64,000 bases of DNA from IMG/VR virus record IMGVR_UViG_3300032007_000065, positions 1 to 64,000 of that record. One strand, written 5' to 3'. The position numbers were made by a program, and so were the translations under genes. The notes beneath the pieces were generated by a model, which searched no databases, was not told the DNA's origin, and saw only the letters and a program-made list of their open reading frames with translations. This DNA is from a virus (taxonomy: Duplodnaviria > Caudoviricetes). Within the stretch, counting starts at the first letter, position 1. The number at the start of each line of letters is the position of its first letter. This document shows positions 8,703-16,497 of this stretch, piece by piece.

Positions 8703-11399
8703 ATGGCAAAGATCATCAATGAATCGAACATGTACAGTCCCGCATCCGGGGTTTCCGAAATCAAGGAACCCCAGAATCTCAATGCTGTCAAGGACAGTGT
8801 CGAGACCTACAACATTCAGGCCAAAAAGGACCTGATGGAGACTCAGGAGGCACTTCAGAAGGAGGTCGAAGCCCATGCTGCCGGTGAACCGGAGCCCGGT
8901 GTCGGGAACACTGCTGGTGATGGAGAGCCGGCCGGCGACGGAGCCGTCGACACCGGAACCTCCGAAGCCGCCGACGAAAACGTCGCTGTGGCAGAGGATC
9001 GTCCGGCGACTGACGCCGAAGAGACGACGGAAGCCGACGAGAAACACGTCGCCGACGATCATGTATCTGGAGACGATGCCGGAGCCGCCGAAGGTTCCGG
9101 ATCTGACGCATCCGAAGTGCTGGTGAAGGGCTCCGAAGCGACGGCCGGCTACGTCGACGTCTCCAAAGACGCTGTCGAAAAAGCACTGAAGAACGACGAT
9201 GTTGTCCAGGAGCGCCCCATCCCCACCGAAGAGGAGCAGCGCGACATGAATCGGAAGGCCTTCGACGTGCTCAAGAAACTTCCGTACATCGACCTCTACA
9301 ACCAGCTCCAGGACGCTCAGAAGCAGGTCCACGAGCTCATCCAGATGCACGATGCCGTCGCCGCCTACAACGACGGAACGGCCGCATCGGTCATCGCTTC
9401 CATGAACGAAGCCGAACGCAACAAGTGGCTCGGCTCCGTCAAGGAGTTCCGTCAGAACTATCGCTCCACCTACGTCGACGGCCGCCGTCTCGTCAAGTTC
9501 ATTACGGCGATGCTCCAGTGCTACGACGGCACCAAGGTCAGCTCGACTTCGTTCATCTCGAAGTCCATGGTCGAGTCGGCCGAGATGCGTCGCGACGCCG
9601 TCGAACGTCGTGAGATCGAGAACGGCCGTGCCGACAACAAGGAGATTCTTCTCCGTCGCATCAACAACACCATCGCGGCCTATGCTGACCGCATCCACTA
9701 TCCGACCCTCATCAACAAGCTTCGCTATCCGAATAACATTCTCGAACTCTGGAAGACGTTCTTCAAGATCGGCCCCGAAGAGGTGCTGAAGATCGTCGAC
9801 CGTGTTCTGTCGAACCAGTTCAACGACGTCCACATGGCACGGTTCCGCAACGCCGTCCAGAACATGGTCATCTCCCACGAGACACCGGACTTCGACAAGA
9901 AGATCTCGAAGGACCGTCTCGGCGTCATCATCTTCTTCATGACCTACTGGCTGGCCACCGTCTACGAGAAGGAGTTCGAGTCCGGCAAGTGCGCTGAAGT
10001 CAAGACCTACATCATGTCGGTCTACGACTGTGACGTCAACAACCGCATCTACGACATGCCCGGTGGCCCGGCTCTCGTCGAGTCGTTCAGCTACCTGATG
10101 TTCACCATCTTCCTGGTCACCACCTCCGGCAGCTACAGCGTCAAGCAGCTGCACCGTGAGGTCGGCCGCATGTTCAACGACCTGCTGAAGGTCTACGACC
10201 AGGAGGAACAGGCCCAGATCGCCAAGTTCCCGGGCACCGCCGTGACAGAACCGACGAACTTCGAGTCGACCGTCGGCGGCAGCTTCGAAGACGTCGACGC
10301 CATGGTCGATTACAACGAGAGGATCCCCGGCGACGATGCTGCCGCTGGACCCGTCTACGAGCTGGTGAAACAGCTGCCCGACGAGTCCGATGTAGCACCG
10401 AACACCATCTACCTGAAGGAAATCGTCGGTGAAGATGGCGCCGAAGCCTACGAGCAGTGGACCGTCGACGAGCTCGGCTGGTCTCAGGGTGAGACCATCA
10501 CGAAACTCGACGGCGACCGCCTTCTCTACGGCGAGCTGCCCGAGACCGATGAAGTGGAATCCGGCGGCACGTCGGACTTCGTCTACCGCATCGTCAGGGA
10601 GCTGCCCTCTCCGGACGACATCTCCTTCAATCGTCGCACCATCTACGTTGTCAAGACCGATGACGATACCTATCGCCAGTACGTCTGGAAGGACGACGGC
10701 TTCAAAGAACTCGGCGACATCTCGGCTTCCGAAGCCAATGCTCTGACGGGCAACTACGACTACTTCGTCAAGGGCAACGGTGACAAGGCCGATGCTACGG
10801 AGGAGACGGCCGACTCCGACGCTGCGAAAGAGCCGGACGACTCTGACACTGTAGAGGAGTCGAGCGAGTGCTCCGGCGACAGCTGCCCCATCGTCTTCCC
10901 AGACGACGAAACCGAGACTGTTGTCACGGAAGAGCCTTCTCAGACGTCGGAAGATCCCGAGCCCGAGACACCCGTCGAAACCGGAAATGCTTCCGAAGAG
11001 CCGAAGGTCGAGACGTCACCCGAGCCCACCGAGAAACCGGCGTACATCATCGAAGAGACCAAGAAGCAGCCGGAAGTCGACTGTGTCGTCGACAACGACG
11101 ATCCCTGGGATCCGACGACGGCTGGCAATCCGGAGGTCCGCTACTGGATCCATAATGCCGACGGCAACTACACGCCGATGATGTACGACGGCAGCTGGAA
11201 GGTCTGCGGTGACGACGAGTCCCCTGACCGTGTCAAGGGTCTCCGTCACATCAGCAACGACTGGCCCGGCACATCGTTTGCTCCGGATCTCCCGGCGAAC
11301 ACCGTCGTCGTGGAGCAGCCGAAGGTCGAGCTGACTCAGCAGGCTCCGCGCGGCTTCGGCCAGATTCAGCAGCCTCCCCAGAGGCGTCCCGTTAACTGA
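8703..11399 (+). CDS. Large acidic protein with C-terminal fibre-type repeats
   Basis: ATG 8703; acidic low-complexity ends, helical core, repeats of V-x-x-LP...TIY...Y-x-Q-[WY]. Confidence 0.7.
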   Translation: MAKIINESNMYSPASGVSEIKEPQNLNAVKDSVETYNIQAKKDLMETQEALQKEVEAHAAGEPEPGVGNTAGDGEPAGDGAVDTGTSEAADENVAVAEDRPATDAEETTEADEKHVADDHVSGDDAGAAEGSGSDASEVLVKGSEATAGYVDVSKDAVEKALKNDDVVQERPIPTEEEQRDMNRKAFDVLKKLPYIDLYNQLQDAQKQVHELIQMHDAVAAYNDGTAASVIASMNEAERNKWLGSVKEFRQNYRSTYVDGRRLVKFITAMLQCYDGTKVSSTSFISKSMVESAEMRRDAVERREIENGRADNKEILLRRINNTIAAYADRIHYPTLINKLRYPNNILELWKTFFKIGPEEVLKIVDRVLSNQFNDVHMARFRNAVQNMVISHETPDFDKKISKDRLGVIIFFMTYWLATVYEKEFESGKCAEVKTYIMSVYDCDVNNRIYDMPGGPALVESFSYLMFTIFLVTTSGSYSVKQLHREVGRMFNDLLKVYDQEEQAQIAKFPGTAVTEPTNFESTVGGSFEDVDAMVDYNERIPGDDAAAGPVYELVKQLPDESDVAPNTIYLKEIVGEDGAEAYEQWTVDELGWSQGETITKLDGDRLLYGELPETDEVESGGTSDFVYRIVRELPSPDDISFNRRTIYVVKTDDDTYRQYVWKDDGFKELGDISASEANALTGNYDYFVKGNGDKADATEETADSDAAKEPDDSDTVEESSECSGDSCPIVFPDDETETVVTEEPSQTSEDPEPETPVETGNASEEPKVETSPEPTEKPAYIIEETKKQPEVDCVVDNDDPWDPTTAGNPEVRYWIHNADGNYTPMMYDGSWKVCGDDESPDRVKGLRHISNDWPGTSFAPDLPANTVVVEQPKVELTQQAPRGFGQIQQPPQRRPVN

Positions 11400-11407
11400 C
11401 GACAATG

Positions 11408-11442
11408 AAAGAGTCCGAACTTCGGTTCGGACTCTTATTTTA
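11408..11442 (+). terminator. Intrinsic terminator
   Basis: aagagtccgaac-ttcg-gttcggactctt followed by a T-rich tail. Confidence 0.85.
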
Positions 11443-11469
11443 TTGCGATCCGGGCAACGGAAACCGTAA

Positions 11470-11480
11470 CCACATATCAT
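11470..11480 (+). promoter_or_regulatory. Phage promoter motif CCACATATCAT
   Basis: Recurrent motif, about 20 nt before the SD of 11512. Confidence 0.7.
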
Positions 11481-11511
11481 AGAGAAGATTCTAATGAAGG
11501 AGGTACGAACC

Positions 11512-12012
11512 ATGTTGATGTTCGACCATGCGATTTCCAGTTCCGGTGAGCCCACTGTGGTGGACCGGAGAAACGATCTCTATCGGGTGACGCTTGAGGG
11601 CGCCCACTACTATGAGATCGGTAAGACCCTTCCATTGATGGTCATGGGCCGCGGCGTCGTCGATCTCGTGACCCCGACGCAGATGGTCATCAACGAATAC
11701 GGCACGACGGTGGAGTTCCGTCGTCTCAACGTCGTCCAGCGCAGACTCCTGACGACGAAAGAGCTCGAGCTGCTGGGCAAGGTTCTCCAGATGACCGAAG
11801 GCGCAACGCCGGGCTTCATGCATTCAGACAGCGACACGCAGCGCACCGGAATGGACGCCGCCATGCGCATGATGGTTGGTTCCGACCGCAGCGCCCGCCA
11901 GATCGCCAGAGGCGACGACGATGACGATGACCGTCGTGGGCCGTCTCTCGTTGACATGATGAAGCGGTCGAATCCCGGCATGCTTTTCGACGATGACGAC
12001 GACCGCTGGTGA
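11512..12012 (+). CDS. Hypothetical protein
   Basis: ATG 11512 after AAGGAGG; acidic C-terminus. Confidence 0.75.
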   Translation: MLMFDHAISSSGEPTVVDRRNDLYRVTLEGAHYYEIGKTLPLMVMGRGVVDLVTPTQMVINEYGTTVEFRRLNVVQRRLLTTKELELLGKVLQMTEGATPGFMHSDSDTQRTGMDAAMRMMVGSDRSARQIARGDDDDDDRRGPSLVDMMKRSNPGMLFDDDDDRW

Positions 12013-12049
12013 TTTGACACTTCTCTAATCAAGAGAAGGAGGAATCGAC

Positions 12050-12508
12050 ATGGATCCCATCAGAAACTTTCAGAACTACGCCGTGCCGTTCCGAATTATC
12101 ACCGGCACCAGTCATGACGTCAAGGGCGTCGTAGACTCTCTGTCGAAGAAGGAACTCCACTTCATCTGCCCAAAGTCGAAGCACTGGGTCGAATCTCCGT
12201 TCAAAGACCTGCGTTACATTGCCAAGGCCGAGAACGGTGACGTCATGGGCTTCGTCGACGGCTACTGTTTCCCGGACGATCTCGATACGGTGGTGCTGGT
12301 CATCGCCGTCAAGAAACAGTACCGGGGCACCGGAGCCGCTGATCAGTTGCTGCAGAAGGTCGTCGACTACTGTAGGCGGTACCACAAGAAGATCTTCTTC
12401 CGTATCGACAAGGACAACGCTGCATCGGTAGCGTTCTTCAATCGGTTCCATCCGAAGTTGATTCGAACCACCGAAGACCAGTACGTCTACGAGATGACCG
12501 TTGCTTAG
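12050..12508 (+). CDS. GNAT-family acetyltransferase
   Basis: Motif A IAVKKQYRGTGAA and motif B DNAASVAFF. Confidence 0.8.
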   Translation: MDPIRNFQNYAVPFRIITGTSHDVKGVVDSLSKKELHFICPKSKHWVESPFKDLRYIAKAENGDVMGFVDGYCFPDDLDTVVLVIAVKKQYRGTGAADQLLQKVVDYCRRYHKKIFFRIDKDNAASVAFFNRFHPKLIRTTEDQYVYEMTVA

Positions 12509-12666
12509 AAAATCATCTGTCGGACCATAACTTATTAAAGACTCGGCATTGGTCGAGTCGAGAGGATCGAACGGGCCGTCCCGCTTCGGCGGTGATCCTA
12601 GGACGAATCCGTCGAACTTAGCGACCCTTTTGATACACATACTTTCATGAAAGGAAGCGAATACCC

Positions 12667-12924
12667 ATGACGAATCCCATCGAGAAACTGAATCTGACCA
12701 AGAAAGACGCCGTCATCGGTGCCGTTGCCGCTGTCGTGGCCGGTGTCGGTGCCATCGCCGTCAATCATCTCGTCTGCAAGGACGGTGACGACTGCGAGGG
12801 CGAGCCCGAGACCGACGAGTTGGACGCAGCCGCGGCGGACCTGGCGAACGCCCAGGCTGACGAGCCGGAGAACCACTTCGTTCCGACCGGCAGTGCCGTC
12901 GACAAGGACCAGACTCAGATCTAA
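12667..12924 (+). CDS. Small membrane-anchored acidic protein
   Basis: N-terminal hydrophobic segment, acidic tail, terminator directly after. Confidence 0.7.
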   Translation: MTNPIEKLNLTKKDAVIGAVAAVVAGVGAIAVNHLVCKDGDDCEGEPETDELDAAAADLANAQADEPENHFVPTGSAVDKDQTQI

Positions 12925-12935
12925 TCGGGAGTCAC

Positions 12936-12970
12936 AAAAGAAAGACGATCTTCGGATCGTCTTTCTTTTT
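12936..12970. terminator. Bidirectional intrinsic terminator
   Basis: aaaagaaagacgatc-ttcg-gatcgtctttctttt. Confidence 0.85.
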
Positions 12971-13034
12971 GCCCATGTTTCATGTTCGTAATTCATTTTG
13001 GCCAAGCGATCAACGCGAAGGGAGGGTTACGAAC

Positions 13035-13433
13035 ATGAGTGAAGCTTTGCTAATGCAGAGCGCTGGATTTGGTGGTTCTACGACTAACCTAAAGATGGCT
13101 ACAAGTTATACGTATACTGATCGGAACGGTAATTGGTATAGTGCATCATTGTCACTGTCGGCACCGGGGAGTTTTGCATGTGGTGTATCGAGTTGGGTAA
13201 ACAATAGTCAATATGGCTGCTCGTGTGGCAATGGTTATACGCCTATTATGTCATCTGGTCAAAGTTCGAATTATACCGCATTATGGGTTTGGTCTTCCAA
13301 TAGTTCATCTATCTCTAATATAGTTGGATCACGGGAGTTTAGTGGGTACTGGGCTTCATATAATGGCACAACGTTTACATTTGGTCAACTTACAAATTTT
13401 AGTCAACTGATGACAGTCGTTGTTTATATTTGA
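13035..13433 (+). CDS. AT-rich small Ser/Gly/Thr/Tyr-rich protein (cassette-family member 1)
   Basis: MSEALLMQSAGFGG... (132 aa) after GGAGG; A/T-ending codons unlike its neighbours. Confidence 0.75.
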   Translation: MSEALLMQSAGFGGSTTNLKMATSYTYTDRNGNWYSASLSLSAPGSFACGVSSWVNNSQYGCSCGNGYTPIMSSGQSSNYTALWVWSSNSSSISNIVGSREFSGYWASYNGTTFTFGQLTNFSQLMTVVVYI

Positions 13434-13497
13434 TTAGTCGATCTGACATCTCCGGCCCTGCGACACCCCATTAAATCAAGCGTCTCTAGGCAAGGAG

Positions 13498-14259
13498 ATG
13501 AAGTCAATGAACGAATTCATTCGCAAAGACGACAAGATTCTGCTGAACGTGCCCTACGCCGAAGCCTACTTCCCGTACGATCTCTACTCGGACGATGAAG
13601 AGACGGCATCGTCGCTGGCCGTTCGCTACGCCGAAGGTTTCCGAATCATCGGCATTTTCAACATTCGCTTCTACGAATCTGACCAGCAGCCGCGAGACTC
13701 CGTCAAGCTCAGAACGTTCAGTTACCCGAACATGATCCTGACATTCCCGACGGATTCGACGAAACTGCAGCTACAGCTGAGTCCCGACATGCAGCCGGAC
13801 AAGTACCTGGTTCTCCAGTACTACATGGGTGACGTCATCATGTCGGCCGAAGAGGTCCAGTCGACGTCGAACTGCACGAAGCTTCTGAACATGATCACGA
13901 AGGGCAAGGTGCCGAACACCATTCCCTACGATCAGTTCGTCGGCTCCATTTGGGAGAAGAACTTCGACATCAACAAGTTCGATCCGAGAGTTCCGTCCAT
14001 CTCTCTTCAGATGATCTGGAGTGAGATGTGCCGCAACCCGGACAACATGAACGAGCCGTACCGTTTCATTTTCGGCAAGGGCAATGCGTCTCCCTACGGC
14101 TATGCGACGGGCAACATGAACAACGTCGCTGCGGCAACGTCGGTGTTCTCGGCGTTGAGCTTTGAACGCATCAAGGAGAAGCTGGCGTCGTCCATCAACA
14201 TGACGAAGTCCGGTGTCGAGCAGCATCGGTCGCCCGTCGAAGAAGTTCTGTCGATGTGA
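13498..14259 (+). CDS. Putative RNA polymerase beta' C-terminal fragment (possibly virion RNAP)
   Basis: LQMIWSEMCR and SVFSALSFERIKEKLASS...SPVEEVL resemble beta' C-terminal IEVIVRQMLR and SFISAASFQETTRVLTEA. Confidence 0.5.
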   Translation: MKSMNEFIRKDDKILLNVPYAEAYFPYDLYSDDEETASSLAVRYAEGFRIIGIFNIRFYESDQQPRDSVKLRTFSYPNMILTFPTDSTKLQLQLSPDMQPDKYLVLQYYMGDVIMSAEEVQSTSNCTKLLNMITKGKVPNTIPYDQFVGSIWEKNFDINKFDPRVPSISLQMIWSEMCRNPDNMNEPYRFIFGKGNASPYGYATGNMNNVAAATSVFSALSFERIKEKLASSINMTKSGVEQHRSPVEEVLSM

Positions 14260-14921
14260 CGGAGGTGAATCCCATGGGAAACTCTCTGAACCCGAGCGAC
14301 TTTCTCGACGAGATGAGTCGCCACGCCGACAGCAAGACGGAACTGAGACTTCAGAGTCAGGGCGCCTACGAAGCCGAAGGCTACGACGACAGCGACTACG
14401 ATCCCATGACGGGTCGTGGCCGCAACTCTGAAGGACGTGGTCGGCCCGACACCATTCACGGACGCCACTACGAGCGAACCAATGAGCTCATCAAGGTGGC
14501 CCACGACGAACTGATGCGATGGATCAACGGCTCCAGCTACCGGGACAGCTGTCTCGCCTGTCTGTCGTTGAATCCACCCGACAACTCGTACTTCGACAAG
14601 TTCAAGAAGGGCGAGACCGATAGTTGCACACTCGGGCGTTTCAACTACGTCTGGAGTGGCAACAAGGGAAATCTCGAATACAACAAGACGCCCCAGCAGA
14701 TCAAGCGCGGTTTCTATCTGGCCGTCTGGAATGCCAATAAGGCCTTTATGAAACGGACAGACGGAGAGTACTCGCTGACGGGAGATCTCGTCACCTCCGG
14801 CTGGACCATCACGCTGAAGAAGGCCGATAGTCGCACCGTCCTGAACCGTGCCAAGAATCCGAGAAAACCGAAACTGGAACGCGTCGACGCCAGATCGTAT
14901 CTCGACGACGACATGTTCTGA
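14256..14921 (+). CDS. Hypothetical protein
   Basis: 221 aa, coupled to the upstream gene; start could be the ATG near 14274. Confidence 0.7.
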   Translation: MTEVNPMGNSLNPSDFLDEMSRHADSKTELRLQSQGAYEAEGYDDSDYDPMTGRGRNSEGRGRPDTIHGRHYERTNELIKVAHDELMRWINGSSYRDSCLACLSLNPPDNSYFDKFKKGETDSCTLGRFNYVWSGNKGNLEYNKTPQQIKRGFYLAVWNANKAFMKRTDGEYSLTGDLVTSGWTITLKKADSRTVLNRAKNPRKPKLERVDARSYLDDDMF

Positions 14922-14935
14922 GAAGGAGACGAACC

Positions 14936-15772
14936 ATGAAACTGACGTTTTCCGAAGCTCTGGAGAAGGCCGACGAAGGCCGACTCTGGAGACAGCAGTA
15001 CCGCCAGGCCGCTCAGGAAGGCATTCTCGACAGTGTCTTCGGCCGGTCGGCGAAGACCTACTATCGCACAACCTACCCGATCGCCCCTGGAGACAAAGCA
15101 ATGACTAGTGTGCCCAGTCTCGAAGAGCTCCAGAATAGTCGATCCAACACCGTTCCGTTCTGCTATGCCACCGAAGACGAAGCACTTCTGCACGGCATCG
15201 TACTCGTCAACGACAAAGTTGACGCCGCTGCGAAGGTCATCTACACGACGGCGAAACGTCTTAGGCGTATCGGCTCTGAACGAATCACGCTCTACAGCAT
15301 CCAGGCTTCTGGATTCAAACAGTGCAGAGGCGACAGCTTCTATTCTGGGTCGCCGAAGTCTGTCCAGAGTGTCACGACAATCTCGACCATGACGGTGGCC
15401 GAAGCTGCGAAGCGTCTCGGCTACAGATTCGAAGCCAAGAACGACGACAGTTTCGAACGCCATACGGCTTTTATCTGTGCCGTCACGTTGTTGAAGAAAG
15501 AGATGAAGCAGCTGGGCATCAACATTCGAATCGACGTTCCGAAGGCTGATGTCCAGGACTGGATGGACCAGGAAGAGGACGAGATCTGGCTGGCGCAGGC
15601 GACTTTCCGTCCCATTGGAGGAGACGAGGAGACGGCCATTGCCAACATAAACCGATTCATGGGAGTCGTCGGATCCGTCAACGAGAAGTTCCAGGCCCAG
15701 TACGGCCGGAAGTATCGTATCGTCGGCGACAGTGACAAATGGGAAGTCTGCGCCGTGCTCGAAGCCAGATGA
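14936..15772 (+). CDS. Probable head protein with propeptide
   Basis: SD GAAGGAG; N-terminus MKLTFSEALE...AAQE/GILD. Confidence 0.55.
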   Translation: MKLTFSEALEKADEGRLWRQQYRQAAQEGILDSVFGRSAKTYYRTTYPIAPGDKAMTSVPSLEELQNSRSNTVPFCYATEDEALLHGIVLVNDKVDAAAKVIYTTAKRLRRIGSERITLYSIQASGFKQCRGDSFYSGSPKSVQSVTTISTMTVAEAAKRLGYRFEAKNDDSFERHTAFICAVTLLKKEMKQLGINIRIDVPKADVQDWMDQEEDEIWLAQATFRPIGGDEETAIANINRFMGVVGSVNEKFQAQYGRKYRIVGDSDKWEVCAVLEAR

Positions 15773-15788
15773 ATGGGGGTGACTCCGA

Positions 15789-16361
15789 ATGCTCATGAGC
15801 TATGAGGAGGCCCTGGAGCAGTTCGCCGTCACGGCGGAGATCCGGGCCGACGACAGAAGAGCCGCCCAGGAGGCACTGTTCGGTCGATTCGACCACTCGA
15901 ACAGCCACTACTACGCATCGACGAATCCGGCCCAGAAGTCCTACGTGCCGACGACGAAGCCGAGGAATCTCAAGACCTGGAAGTTCGTCATCGGCTACAA
16001 GACCCGGGACGAGGCCGCCCTCTTCGCCATGTGTCGATCGTCGGATCGACTCGACATGAGGCGAAAGGAACTCTGGACGACCCAGAAGAACGTCAACATC
16101 CTGGCGACGAGACGATTCTGGCTCTGGGAATTCGATGGCACCGACATGAGACCGTTCATACCCGACGGACTCATTGGAGACCGTTGGACGAAGATCAACT
16201 CGTACCGATCGACAGATTCAAGTGAGTTCTCGAACATCAAGGTCATTGGTGAATTCGACCGTGAGAGCTGTGCCAAACTCATCGGCTGGAAGATACACGT
16301 CGTCGATCCGGCACCGCCGAAACCCGGTGGTCTGTCGAGCCTCAAGATCCACTCGGGATGA
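15789..16361 (+). CDS. Probable head protein with propeptide
   Basis: N-terminus MLMSYEEALE...AAQE/ALFG parallels that of 14936. Confidence 0.55.
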   Translation: MLMSYEEALEQFAVTAEIRADDRRAAQEALFGRFDHSNSHYYASTNPAQKSYVPTTKPRNLKTWKFVIGYKTRDEAALFAMCRSSDRLDMRRKELWTTQKNVNILATRRFWLWEFDGTDMRPFIPDGLIGDRWTKINSYRSTDSSEFSNIKVIGEFDRESCAKLIGWKIHVVDPAPPKPGGLSSLKIHSG

Positions 16362-16497
16362 TTCCACGTCGGAATCATCCCTTCTTTTTCTTGTGGAACC
16401 CAGCAGTCTCCGACATTGGGGCCGGCTACAAGCCAATAAAGTCACTGCAATTACTTCGGCCGTTTCGGCCAATTCCTGTAGAAGGAGGTCAAAAGCT

